Source: Actinomycetota bacterium
Lineage (GTDB): Bacteria > Actinomycetota > Thermoleophilia > Solirubrobacterales > Solirubrobacteraceae
Assembly (NCBI GenBank): GCA_009699615.1
Contig: WLNV01000001.1
Span: forward strand, 1-25,387
DNA length: 25,387 nucleotides
Reading direction: 5' to 3'
Part shown: positions 1-8,930 of the stretch, one piece after another
Layout of the letters: the number at the start of each line of letters is the position of its first letter
How positions within the stretch are numbered: position 1 is the first letter of the stretch
The notes under the pieces: model-generated
The model's database searches: none
What the model was told of the DNA's origin: nothing
The model's input: only the letters and a program-made list of their open reading frames with translations
Made by a program: the position numbers and the translations under genes

Positions 1-314
1 GTTCGGGGGACGGGATAGCCAGTGCGCTGTTGACATTGGAGGCGCTCGCGGGAGAAGATTTGGCTGAGCGGTCGGCGATGCAGAAGCTGCCTCAGCGGCT
101 CGTAAACGTGAAGGTCGCAGACAAGGCCACCGCGCTCGCCGCCGTTGCCGGCCCCGCCGCCGACGAGAACAGCGCCCTGACCGGGCAGGGGCGAGTCTTG
201 GTCCGTGCCAGCGGGACGGAAGAGCTGGTCCGCGTGATGGTTGAAGCGCCTGACGACGCTCGATGCGAAGAGATTTGCGCGCGCCTCGTTGCCGTCGTCG
301 AAGCTGCCGGCTGA
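1..314 (+). CDS. glmM: Phosphoglucosamine mutase, C-terminal part (5' truncated by window edge)
   Basis: Frame is open from base 3: SGDGIASAL...PQRLVNV...GRVLVRASGTEELVRVMVEA, the typical GlmM C-terminus. It lies directly upstream of glmS. Confidence 0.93.
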   Translation, partial: SGDGIASALLTLEALAGEDLAERSAMQKLPQRLVNVKVADKATALAAVAGPAADENSALTGQGRVLVRASGTEELVRVMVEAPDDARCEEICARLVAVVEAAG

Positions 315-358
315 TCCCCAACGCGGTTCGCGGCACCCGCGCCATCTAGGCCACTAGC

Positions 359-364
359 TACGCT
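359..364 (+). promoter_or_regulatory. Putative -10 box (TACGCT), 7 nt before glmS ATG; leaderless signature
   Basis: TAnnnT-N7-ATG with no Shine-Dalgarno sequence. Confidence 0.55.
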
Positions 365-371
365 TCACAGC

Positions 372-2234
372 ATGTGTGGAATCGTTGGTTACGTCGGCTC
401 CAGGGCCGCAGAGGAGCTGCTGCTCGCAGGGCTCGCCAAGCTTGAGTACCGCGGCTACGACTCGGCCGGCATTTCGGTCATGTCGGGCGGCTCAATCGAA
501 GCCGTTCGCGCTGTCGGCAACTTGGCGCATCTGCAGACAGCCGTCGAGGCCAGGCAGGCCGCTGGCGGCGCCACGGCCACACTCGTTGAAGCGGCGACGA
601 TAGGCATCGGACATACGCGCTGGGCGACCCACGGCCGCGTCAACGAGCAGAACGCGCATCCGCATTTCGACACGGCTGATCAGGTCCACGTCGTCGTCAA
701 CGGCATCGTCGAGAACTACATGGAACTGCGCGAACGACTTATCGCGGACGGAGCCGAGTTCAGCTCCGAGACCGACGCCGAGGTGATCGCGCACCTGGTT
801 GCGACCCACCTTGACGGCGATCTCGAGAAGGCGGTGCGCGGCGCGTACGCCGAGCTGGAGGGCCACTTCGCGTTCGTCGCGATGGCGGTCGATTCGCCGG
901 AACTGCTGGTCGGTGCGCGCAAGGAGTGTCCGCTGATCATTGGAGTTGGAGACGGCGAGATGTTCCTCGCGTCGGCGGTCCCCGCCTTTCTCGCTCAGAC
1001 GAGACGCGTCCAGTACGTCGAGAATGAGGAAATTGTCGCTGTGACGCCGACGGGAGCGACCTTCTCGACTCCTGACGGCGTGCCGATCGAGCGTGAGGTT
1101 GTGACCGTCGATTGGGATGAAGAGACTGCCGAGAAGGGCGGCTACGAGACCTTCATGCTGAAGGAAATTCACGAGCAGGCCTACGCCGTCGCGGAGACGA
1201 TTGCCGACCGTACCATTCGCGAAGACGGCGTCGATCTAGACGACGTCGGTGCGCTGAGCGACGATCAGCTTCGTAGCGCGAAGAGGATCATCGTTGTGGC
1301 TTGCGGCACCTCCTACCACGCAGGACTTATCGGCCGCTACGCGATTGAGGAGCTCGCGCGAGTGCCGGTCGACGTCGAGATCGCCTCCGAATACCGCTAC
1401 CGCAACCCGATTGTCGGCCCTGGCGACCTTGTAATCGGGATCACGCAGTCGGGCGAAACCGCCGACACTCTGGCGGCAATGCGGATTGCCAAGGAGCGCG
1501 GAGCGACCGTGATGGCGATCACGAACATCATGGGCTCACAGGCCACGCGCGACGCCGACGGCGTGCTCTACACGCGCGCCGGACTGGAGGTCTCTGTCGC
1601 TGCAACGAAGACGTTCGTCTGTCAGGTCGCCGTCATGTACCTGTTGGCGCTGCGGCTCTCCGAGCTGCACGATGCCCTGCCGGTCGAAAGAAGGATCGCG
1701 CTGGTCGCCGATCTTAAGCAGATGCCGAGCCTGATCACGGAGTTGCTCGAATCGGTCGATCCGGTCGTTACGGCCGTCGCAGAACATGTCTGGGAGGCGA
1801 ACTTCTTCCTTTACTTGGGTCGCCACGCTGGGGTAGCGGTAGCCGATGAGGGCGCACTGAAGTTGAAAGAGGTTTCTTACATCTCGACAGACGCGTATGC
1901 GGCCGGCGAGATGAAGCACGGCCCGATCGCCCTACTTAGTGAGCAGACACCGGTCGTGACGGTGGCGACCGATTCACCGGTGCTCGAGAAGGTGATCTCC
2001 AACATGCAGGAGGTCAGAGCGCGAGGCGCCTATTTGATCGCGGTCGCGAGCGCAGGTAACACGACGATTGATCAGCAGGCCGACTCGGTCATCTCAATCC
2101 CTCAAACCGACTGGATTCTGCAGCCGCTGCTGGCCGTCATCCCGCTGCAGCTACTCGCCTACCGAATCGCACGCCTGCGGGGGCTCAACGTTGATCAGCC
2201 GCGCAATCTCGCGAAGACGGTCACGGTCGAATAG
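372..2234 (+). CDS. glmS: Glutamine--fructose-6-phosphate aminotransferase (isomerizing)
   Basis: N-terminal MCGIVG (Ntn Cys1), LEYRGYDSAG, GHTRWATHG, SQSGETADT, ALKLKE and C-terminal PRNLAKTVTVE. Confidence 0.98.
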   Translation: MCGIVGYVGSRAAEELLLAGLAKLEYRGYDSAGISVMSGGSIEAVRAVGNLAHLQTAVEARQAAGGATATLVEAATIGIGHTRWATHGRVNEQNAHPHFDTADQVHVVVNGIVENYMELRERLIADGAEFSSETDAEVIAHLVATHLDGDLEKAVRGAYAELEGHFAFVAMAVDSPELLVGARKECPLIIGVGDGEMFLASAVPAFLAQTRRVQYVENEEIVAVTPTGATFSTPDGVPIEREVVTVDWDEETAEKGGYETFMLKEIHEQAYAVAETIADRTIREDGVDLDDVGALSDDQLRSAKRIIVVACGTSYHAGLIGRYAIEELARVPVDVEIASEYRYRNPIVGPGDLVIGITQSGETADTLAAMRIAKERGATVMAITNIMGSQATRDADGVLYTRAGLEVSVAATKTFVCQVAVMYLLALRLSELHDALPVERRIALVADLKQMPSLITELLESVDPVVTAVAEHVWEANFFLYLGRHAGVAVADEGALKLKEVSYISTDAYAAGEMKHGPIALLSEQTPVVTVATDSPVLEKVISNMQEVRARGAYLIAVASAGNTTIDQQADSVISIPQTDWILQPLLAVIPLQLLAYRIARLRGLNVDQPRNLAKTVTVE

Positions 2235-2237
2235 AAT
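2232..2237 (+). promoter_or_regulatory. Putative -10 box (TAGAAT), overlapping the glmS stop and 6 nt before acpS ATG
   Basis: Near-consensus -10 at leaderless spacing. Confidence 0.6.
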
Positions 2238-2243
2238 CGCACG

Positions 2244-2615
2244 ATGAGCCCAGCTCCCCGCGTCGGTATTGATCTGCTTGAGATTGACCGGATGGAGCGC
2301 GCGCTGCAGCGGCGCCCGCGGCTGGCAGAGAGGCTGTTCACAGACGGAGAGCTCGCATATTCGGAGACTCAGGCTCGGCCGGTGCAGCATCTCGCGGCGC
2401 GCTTCTGTGCCAAGGAGGCAGCGACGAAAGCACTCGAGCTCACAGTCTTCCGACCGCTCGAGATAGAAGTCGAGTCGCGCGCCGGAGGATCGCCGCGGCT
2501 GATCCTCAGAGGAGCGGCGGCTGAACGAGCCGATCAGCTCAAGCTCCAGCTCGGCTGCTCGCTTACTCACTCCAAGTCGATGGCTGGGGCAGTAGTCGCC
2601 GGCGGCCCGGCATGA
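2244..2615 (+). CDS. acpS: Holo-[acyl-carrier-protein] synthase (4'-phosphopantetheinyl transferase)
   Basis: VGIDL, AARFCAKEA and SLTHS motifs; 123 aa. Confidence 0.95.
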   Translation: MSPAPRVGIDLLEIDRMERALQRRPRLAERLFTDGELAYSETQARPVQHLAARFCAKEAATKALELTVFRPLEIEVESRAGGSPRLILRGAAAERADQLKLQLGCSLTHSKSMAGAVVAGGPA

Positions 2616-4123
2616 GCGACTGGCTGATCGCCCTCTCGGACGCCGAGCGGTCGCGTGCGGCCGACTCTTGGGCGATCGAGTCGCTTGGTATTACGGGAAT
2701 GACCTTGATGGAGAGCGCCGCTTCCGGCCTCGCCGACTACGTCAATCGCTACATCCCGGAAGGCCTCATCGTCGTCGTCTGTGGCGGGGGGAACAACGGT
2801 GGCGACGGGTACGCTGCCGCTCGGATACTTCGCTCCTCTGGTCGCGCAGTGAGGGTTCTTCAAGCGGGAGATCCAGAGCAGCTAAGCGATGACGCGCGAG
2901 CGCAGCTGAACCTTCTCCCCGGGGAAGTTCCGGCACCGTTCGCTGACGGACTGCTCGCCGATGGCGCCGTGATCGTGGACGCGCTGCTCGGGACCGGCTT
3001 TCGCGGCAAGCCTCGCGGGGCGGTTGCCGAGGCAATAGCTGCGATCGCGCGCTGCGGGCATCCTGTGGTTGCCGTTGATGTTCCAAGCGGCGTCGACGCC
3101 TCCAGCGGCGAGGTCGTCAGCGAGGCCGTGAGCGCGCAGATGACCGTCACCTTCAACTCCGACAAGCCCGGGCTGCACATCAACCCGGGCCGCGACCACG
3201 CTGGCGCGGTCCGGGTTGTCGACATTGGCATCCCGCCGGGCGCTCCGGTCCCAGAGGCGTCGGTCGGTCTGATCATCGACGATCCGCTGCTCGCGCTCTT
3301 GCCAAGGCGTGGCGCACACTCGAACAAGTTCACGAGTGGCCACCTCTATGTTGCAGCAGGCTCGCGAGGGCTCACCGGGGCGGCTGTGCTGGCTTCAGCT
3401 GCGGCGATGCGAGGAGGGGCCGGCTACGTCACGGCCTGCGTTCCGGACAGTGAACAGCGCGTTGTCGCGAGCCATCTTCCCGAGGTGATGCAGATGGCCC
3501 TCGACGGCGATGACGGCCACCACTGCCGCGACGGCGCGAAGGATCTGCTCTCTGCCGTCAGAGAGCGAGAGGGCGTCGTCCTGCTCGGCCCCGGCCTTGG
3601 TGCCAGCAAGGGGGCCCGAGCATTCGCGCGCGAAGTTGCTGAAAAGGTCCAACAACCGCTAGTGATCGATGCCGATGGACTCGGGGCGTTTGTGGGCAGG
3701 CTCGATGAGCTGAGAAAGAGGAAGCATCCGACCGTCCTCACGCCACACGAAGGGGAGCTGGCACGACTCCTGGGCTGCAGCTCGGCAAAGGTCCAGGAGC
3801 GGCGGTTGAAGTGCGTCAGAGAGGTCGCCGATGCTGCCGGCGCGACCGTGATCTTGAAGGGCGTTGACAGTTTGATCTGCAGCCCTGACGGCCTCGTCGC
3901 GGTCAGTCCGGGAGCCTCCCCGGGATTGGCGACGGCGGGGACAGGGGATGTCCTCGGCGGCGTAGTTGGAGCGCTCCTGGCGCGCGGCGCCGAACCGTTC
4001 GTTGCAGCCGCCGCAGCCGTGCGCCTCCACGCCCGCGCCGCCGATCTCGCGGCAGAGCGGGTCGGGATTGAAGGCATGATCGCCAGCGACGTCGTTGCCG
4101 CTCTGCCTCTCGCGTGGACCTGA
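2612..4123 (+). CDS. nnr: Bifunctional NAD(P)H-hydrate epimerase/dehydratase (YjeF N+C)
   Basis: LME.AA, GGGNNGGDG, DALLGTG, DVPSG, GPGLG, DADG, LTPHEGE and ATAGTGDVL. ATGA overlap with acpS. Confidence 0.96.
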   Translation: MSDWLIALSDAERSRAADSWAIESLGITGMTLMESAASGLADYVNRYIPEGLIVVVCGGGNNGGDGYAAARILRSSGRAVRVLQAGDPEQLSDDARAQLNLLPGEVPAPFADGLLADGAVIVDALLGTGFRGKPRGAVAEAIAAIARCGHPVVAVDVPSGVDASSGEVVSEAVSAQMTVTFNSDKPGLHINPGRDHAGAVRVVDIGIPPGAPVPEASVGLIIDDPLLALLPRRGAHSNKFTSGHLYVAAGSRGLTGAAVLASAAAMRGGAGYVTACVPDSEQRVVASHLPEVMQMALDGDDGHHCRDGAKDLLSAVREREGVVLLGPGLGASKGARAFAREVAEKVQQPLVIDADGLGAFVGRLDELRKRKHPTVLTPHEGELARLLGCSSAKVQERRLKCVREVADAAGATVILKGVDSLICSPDGLVAVSPGASPGLATAGTGDVLGGVVGALLARGAEPFVAAAAAVRLHARAADLAAERVGIEGMIASDVVAALPLAWT

Positions 4124-4126
4124 CGG

Positions 4127-4132
4127 TAGGAT
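4127..4132 (+). promoter_or_regulatory. Putative -10 box (TAGGAT), 7 nt before the CBS protein ATG at 4140
   Basis: TAnnnT-N7-ATG; supports the start at 4140 over the track's 4095, which overlaps nnr. Confidence 0.6.
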
Positions 4133-4139
4133 TCTCGCC

Positions 4140-4607
4140 ATGAGCTCAACAGTCAGTCAGATCATGGATGCCGACCCGCAGAGCGTGGGTCCGGAAGACA
4201 GCGTCGAAACCGTTGTCCAGCAGATGCACGACCATGAACTTCCTGGCCTTCCAGTCGTTGATGAAGACGACATCCTCGTTGGGATCGTGACCGAGAGCGA
4301 CCTGCTGATGTTCGATGAGCAGGAGGATGTTGACCCACCGGCGCACGTCCAGATTATGGGTGGTGTGATCTACCTCGGTTCGGTCAAGCGCTGGGAGGAA
4401 CGGATTCGCAAGTCGGTCGCCAGCACCGTTGAGGAAATCATGACCGCCGAGCCGATCACGGTTAGCCCGGACGCCGACGCTCATGATGCAGGGCATCTGA
4501 TCTCAGAGCACGGCCACAACCGCTTGCCGGTAGTTGATGACGAGGGTCATCTCGTTGGCGTGGTAACGCGCGTCGATGTGCTCGAGGCACTGCTCGAAGA
4601 TCGCTAG
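4140..4607 (+). CDS. Stand-alone tandem CBS domain protein
   Basis: Two CBS repeats (LPVVDEDDILVGIVTESDLL; LPVVDDEGHLVGVVTRVDVL). Start reassigned to ATG 4140. Confidence 0.9.
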   Translation: MSSTVSQIMDADPQSVGPEDSVETVVQQMHDHELPGLPVVDEDDILVGIVTESDLLMFDEQEDVDPPAHVQIMGGVIYLGSVKRWEERIRKSVASTVEEIMTAEPITVSPDADAHDAGHLISEHGHNRLPVVDDEGHLVGVVTRVDVLEALLEDR

Positions 4608-4615
4608 TCGGTGGG

Positions 4616-5740
4616 TTGATCGCGTTGCGTGCGCTGGTTTCGGTCAATGTCGGCGCAATTGAACGCAACGTCGCGCTGCTTGCAGCGCAGGCACCAACTG
4701 CATTGCTCTGCGCCGTTGTAAAGGCCGACGGGTACGGTCACGGTTCATCCGAGGCGGCTACGGCCGCGTTGCGCGGCGGAGCGGCGTGGCTTGCGGTCTC
4801 AACGGCCGTCGAGGCGCAGACACTGCGTTCGGCTGGCATTGAGGCGCCGATCCTCGTAATGGGCGCGCTGACAGAGGACGAACTGAAGCTCGCGCTCTCG
4901 GCGGAGGCCGACGTTGTGGCCTGGAGCGAGTTTTTCGTCGAACGGCTAGCGGCGCTCGGGGGAGGTCGCGTCCACATCAAACTCGACACTGGGATGGGTC
5001 GCCTCGGCACGCGCGACCGCGAGCTCGCAACGCGGCTCGCTCAGCAGGCGGTCGAAGCCCCGCAGATCGAGCTCGTTGGTCTGATGACCCACTTCGCGAC
5101 CGCGGATGAGCTAGGAGACAGTTTCTTTGATCAACAGCTGGCGGCCTTCAGCGACTGGACCGAAGAGGTCGCCGCGACAGCTCCGGGGCTGATCCGTCAT
5201 GCGGCGAACAGCGCCGCCTTGTTGCGGGACAGCGCGTCGCATTTCGACCTCGTACGTCCGGGCGTCGCCTGTTACGGCCTCGATCCGTTCGGCCGCGATC
5301 CCGCCGGTCGGGGTCTTGAACCGGCGATGGAAGTGAGTTCCTATGTCGCCTGCATCGAGCAATGTGAAGCTGGAGAGAGCAGCGGTTACGGGCGAAGCTT
5401 CATCGCTGAGCAGGCCACCTTCATCGGTACGGTCCCAATTGGCTACGCGGACGGTTGGAAACGCGTCTTCTCCAACAATGCCGAGCTGCTGATAGCCGGC
5501 CGACGCTTTCCCGTCGTCGGCAACGTAAGCATGGACAACACAACGGTTGACCTCGGCGCCGATGGGGGAGGGGTCAAGCTCGGCGACCGGGTAACACTGC
5601 TCGGTACCGACGGGGATGCCCGGTTGCTAAGCGAAGAGCTGGCGACCCGGGCTGGCACGATCAACTACGAGATCGTGACTTCGTTCAGCGCGCGGGTGCC
5701 GCGCCGTTACTTGGCCGACGCACTCGGTGGCGATCGATGA
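4616..5740 (+). CDS. alr: Alanine racemase
   Basis: AVVKADGYGHG (PLP Lys), KLDTGMGRLG, HAANSA, SGYG (catalytic Tyr), GYADG and VSMD. TTG start. Confidence 0.97.
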   Translation: MIALRALVSVNVGAIERNVALLAAQAPTALLCAVVKADGYGHGSSEAATAALRGGAAWLAVSTAVEAQTLRSAGIEAPILVMGALTEDELKLALSAEADVVAWSEFFVERLAALGGGRVHIKLDTGMGRLGTRDRELATRLAQQAVEAPQIELVGLMTHFATADELGDSFFDQQLAAFSDWTEEVAATAPGLIRHAANSAALLRDSASHFDLVRPGVACYGLDPFGRDPAGRGLEPAMEVSSYVACIEQCEAGESSGYGRSFIAEQATFIGTVPIGYADGWKRVFSNNAELLIAGRRFPVVGNVSMDNTTVDLGADGGGVKLGDRVTLLGTDGDARLLSEELATRAGTINYEIVTSFSARVPRRYLADALGGDR

Positions 5741-7176
5741 AGTCCCCGGAGGATCCGCTCGCGATTGCGCGTGAAGCGCTCGCCGGCCGGCCGGTCTGGC
5801 TAGTCGGGGGTGTAATCCGCGACCGAATGCTCCGAAGCGGCGGTCAATCCGACACGGTTGATCTCGATCTAATTGTCGACGGCGACGCAGAGGAGGCGGC
5901 ACGGGCTCTGCGCAAGGCAGCACGCGACGCTGCGATCTTCACGCTCTCCGACCAGTTCGGTGCTTGGCGCGTCGTCAGCGGAGACCGGAGTTGGCAGATC
6001 GACTGTACGCCGCTGCAGGGAGCGACTCTAGAAGACGACCTCCGCGCTCGTGACTTAACGATCAACGCGATCGCCGAGCCGCTGGCAGGCGGAGAGCTGA
6101 TCGATCCGACCGGCGGAATTGAAGACTTTCGGCTGTCGAGTTTGCGGATGGTCAGCATCGAGGCGTTTGAGGCCGATCCGCTACGAGTCGTAAGGCTCGC
6201 ACGGTTCGCAGTTCAGTTGGGTTTTGAAATCGACGCGGCGACGCTCGAGTCGGCTCAGGCGCACTGCGCCGGGCTCGGCGCTGTTGCCGGCGAGCGGATC
6301 TTTGCCGAGCTGAACCTGATCATCTGTTCGCCGCAGGCGGTGCGCGGTTTCGAGCTGCTCGACGAAGTCGGGGCAAGCGCAGTCGTTCTGCCGGAGTTGG
6401 TCGCGCTCAAAGGGGTCGAGCAGACCGCGTACCACCACCTTGATGCCTACGAGCACACGCTCGAGGTGCTGGAACGCGCGATTGAGATCGAATCCGACCC
6501 CACCGCGTTGTTTGGCGACCATGAAGGTACGGCTGTGGCCGCCATCCTTGCCGAGCCGCTGGCCGACAGCCTCTCGCGTGCAGCAGCGCTGCGCTGGGGT
6601 GCCCTCTTGCACGACATCGCGAAACCACAGACGCGGGCCGAGTTCGACGATGGGCGGATCGGCTTCCCTGGCCATGCCGTTGAGGGAGCTGCAGTCGCCG
6701 GTGCGATCCTCCAGCGCCTGAAGGCGAGCGAGCGCCTGCGGGCTCACGTTTCGAAGCTGACGCTCGAGCACCTTCGTCTCGGCTTCCTCGTGCACGAGCA
6801 GCCCCTTACCGCGGAGGCCTTCTACCTCTATATGACCTCGTGCCAGCCGGTCGAGGTAGACGTAACGCTGCTTTCGCTCGCCGATCGGCTCGCAACTCGT
6901 GGGCGCAAGGCGGAGCAGGCGATTTCAGCTCACCAGGAGGTTGCGTTGGTTGTTCTGACCGAAGCGCTGCGCTGGCGCGAACAGGGGCCGCCCGAACCGC
7001 TGCTGCGCGGCGATCGCCTTGCCGCTGAGCTGGGAATCGAGCACGGACCGCTACTCGGTGAGCTGCTCGCTGCAATCGCGCAGGCGCAGTACTGCGGCAC
7101 CGTTGAGAGCGAGGATGACGCGTTTGGGCTCGCGCGCGGAATCATCAACGACGACGGTGGCGACTCAGCGGACTGA
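5737..7176 (+). CDS. cca: Class II tRNA nucleotidyltransferase (CCA/poly(A) polymerase family) with HD domain; likely CC-adding type
   Basis: VGGVIRD...DLDL (motif A), RARDLTINA (motif B), DPLR (motif D) and LLHDIAKP (HD domain). The stretch before motif B is short, lacking the usual flexible loop. Confidence 0.88.
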   Translation: MKSPEDPLAIAREALAGRPVWLVGGVIRDRMLRSGGQSDTVDLDLIVDGDAEEAARALRKAARDAAIFTLSDQFGAWRVVSGDRSWQIDCTPLQGATLEDDLRARDLTINAIAEPLAGGELIDPTGGIEDFRLSSLRMVSIEAFEADPLRVVRLARFAVQLGFEIDAATLESAQAHCAGLGAVAGERIFAELNLIICSPQAVRGFELLDEVGASAVVLPELVALKGVEQTAYHHLDAYEHTLEVLERAIEIESDPTALFGDHEGTAVAAILAEPLADSLSRAAALRWGALLHDIAKPQTRAEFDDGRIGFPGHAVEGAAVAGAILQRLKASERLRAHVSKLTLEHLRLGFLVHEQPLTAEAFYLYMTSCQPVEVDVTLLSLADRLATRGRKAEQAISAHQEVALVVLTEALRWREQGPPEPLLRGDRLAAELGIEHGPLLGELLAAIAQAQYCGTVESEDDAFGLARGIINDDGGDSAD

Positions 7177-7179
7177 GGT

Positions 7180-8376
7180 TCAGGCGTCGCGTCCGGCTGC
7201 CGCGACGTTGCGTAGCAGCCGCTCGCAGAGCAGCGTCGCGTCAACGACGCTTGAGTAGTCGACGTTCTCCGGCGTGTCGGTTGGCCAGTGGTAGTTGGAC
7301 GGCGCCTTGAAGCGCGAGATTGATCCGAGCATCAGCGTCGGGTAACCGGCTTGGAGCGAAATCAGCGCGTCTGTCGCGTTTCGGAAGCGGAGTCCGCGGA
7401 CGAGCTCAATCTCGAGTTCGGCCGCAGCGTCGGAGAATTGGCTTTTGAACTCTTCGTCGTAGTCGGCCATGCGCAGCATCCCTTCGCCTTCGAGCTGCAT
7501 CAATGTCGGTGAGCCGACGCTGTCAACGCATACGAAGCTGGTTGAGTCGGTCGGAAGCGAGCCGAAGTGCCTCTTGGCGAAGCCGCGCATCCCCTCCATG
7601 AACGATTCTTCGGAGCCTGTCGAGACGAGCAGAACTCGCACTCCATCGACCGGGTCTCGGCGCAGGATGTTGGCCAGCCCGGCAATTACGGCGACGCCGC
7701 TGAGGTTGTCATTGGCGCCTGGAACCACCGAGCGCGAGCCGATTTCCGCAAAAGTCAGCGCGCTTCCGAGCGAAAGGAAGGCCGCCGCGCGGCGCAGCAC
7801 CTTCGATCCCGTGAGTCCGCTGAGCAGTGTCAGCATCGGGCCTGCGAAGACGGGGAACATGATTGGCGGCGTCGTCTTCGAGCGTTCAAGCTGCTTCGGG
7901 AAGCGGTCGCCGAAAAACTCGGGGATCTGCGGCGCGAATAGAAGGCTCCAGTTGGCCGCATCGTGGTGAGCCACGAAGACGATCGTCTTGCTTGCCGTCC
8001 TGTCGCCGGTTTCGGCGACCACGTTCCATGTTGAGCGTCGCGGCAATACGGCGCGCCGGAACCACTGGCTGCCGCCGCTGATGTCATCGGCCAACGCGGC
8101 AGCGCTGAATGCACCGGTCGCCAGCCGGAGTAGCCGCGAGCGAGTCAAAGCGGCGAGTCCTGAGGCGAGTGTCAGCAGCCCGAGCGGCCACCAATATGTC
8201 CCGTGAGCTTGTTCGCGTTCGACTGCGGCGGTACACCCGTCGGCCGCGAGCCGGGAGGCGATCAGCTCTGCGGCGCGTCGCTCGCCGTCTGACGCAGAAG
8301 GGCGCTCAAATTCCGCGAGTTCGTAGATCAGATCTCGCGCGAGCGCTTGCAAGTCGCTCTGATCAGTTTTCGCCAC
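7180..8376 (-). CDS. M28 family metallopeptidase, membrane-associated
   Basis: AHHDAA, GANDNLSG, GSEE, DSVG and YHWPTD zinc-ligand motifs, plus hydrophobic segments. GTG start. Confidence 0.88.
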   Translation of the reverse strand: MAKTDQSDLQALARDLIYELAEFERPSASDGERRAAELIASRLAADGCTAAVEREQAHGTYWWPLGLLTLASGLAALTRSRLLRLATGAFSAAALADDISGGSQWFRRAVLPRRSTWNVVAETGDRTASKTIVFVAHHDAANWSLLFAPQIPEFFGDRFPKQLERSKTTPPIMFPVFAGPMLTLLSGLTGSKVLRRAAAFLSLGSALTFAEIGSRSVVPGANDNLSGVAVIAGLANILRRDPVDGVRVLLVSTGSEESFMEGMRGFAKRHFGSLPTDSTSFVCVDSVGSPTLMQLEGEGMLRMADYDEEFKSQFSDAAAELEIELVRGLRFRNATDALISLQAGYPTLMLGSISRFKAPSNYHWPTDTPENVDYSSVVDATLLCERLLRNVAAAGRDA

Positions 8377-8382
8377 CCCCAG

Positions 8383-8392
8383 AGGTTACGCT
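8383..8392. promoter_or_regulatory. Overlapping divergent -10 boxes: TAACCT (minus, 8383-8388) and TACGCT (plus, 8387-8392)
   Basis: The minus box is 6 nt from the peptidase GTG (8376) and the plus box is 7 nt from the HIT ATG (8400). The intergenic gap is only 23 bp. Confidence 0.6.
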
Positions 8393-8399
8393 TTGCCTC

Positions 8400-8807
8400 A
8401 TGACCGACTGCCTCTTCTGCTCAATCGCCGCCGGAGAGATCCCGGCACAGATCATTGCCGAGGACGAGCGGACCGTGACGTTCATGGACATCAGCCCGGC
8501 GACCGCCGGCCACGCATTGGTGATCCCGCGGGTTCACGCGGCCGATCTGTATGAGATCGATACCGCCGACCTTGCTGCCTGTGTTACCTCAGCACAGCGG
8601 ACTGCGCTGCTGGCTCGCGACAGACTTGGCGCCGATGGAGTCAACCTTCTCAACTCGTGTCGGCCCGAGGCATGGCAGACCGTCTTTCACTTTCACATTC
8701 ACGTGATTCCGCGCTACGACGGCGATCCGCTCCAGCTGCCATGGATTCCCGCGCCGGGGGACCCTGACTCGATAGAGCGTTGCGCTGCCCTATTACGCGC
8801 GCAATAG
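8400..8807 (+). CDS. HIT family protein (histidine triad nucleotide hydrolase)
   Basis: MTDCLFC (CxxC), GHALVIP and FHFHIHVIPR. True start is ATG 8400; the track's upstream extension is antisense to the peptidase. Confidence 0.95.
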   Translation: MTDCLFCSIAAGEIPAQIIAEDERTVTFMDISPATAGHALVIPRVHAADLYEIDTADLAACVTSAQRTALLARDRLGADGVNLLNSCRPEAWQTVFHFHIHVIPRYDGDPLQLPWIPAPGDPDSIERCAALLRAQ

Positions 8808-8930
8808 GGCTCCTGCAGCGTCAGAAATCGTGCAGCTGTTTGGCGCGTAAAGCCCGTCCTTATGGGGAATTTGCGTGGCTCGGGCGGAGAACCGGCTCAT
8901 TTTGGCGGCAGGTGCGCTTAGATAGTTCGT

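Noticed and set aside
315-371. glmS ribozyme between glmM and glmS
   Set aside because: The gap is only 57 nt, far shorter than the ribozyme, and the leaderless signature leaves no 5' UTR.
690-720. GlmS has VVVNG where VHNG is usual
   Set aside because: A single substitution with all other catalytic motifs intact and no frameshift; no support for inactivation.
8109-8399. N-terminal extension of the HIT ORF in the track
   Set aside because: It overlaps the peptidase antisense; the HIT domain and the -10 signature both point to ATG 8400.
8808-8930. Possible riboswitch or ncRNA in the 123-bp gap
   Set aside because: I could not match a known riboswitch core or convincing stem set by eye; an Rfam scan would be decisive.
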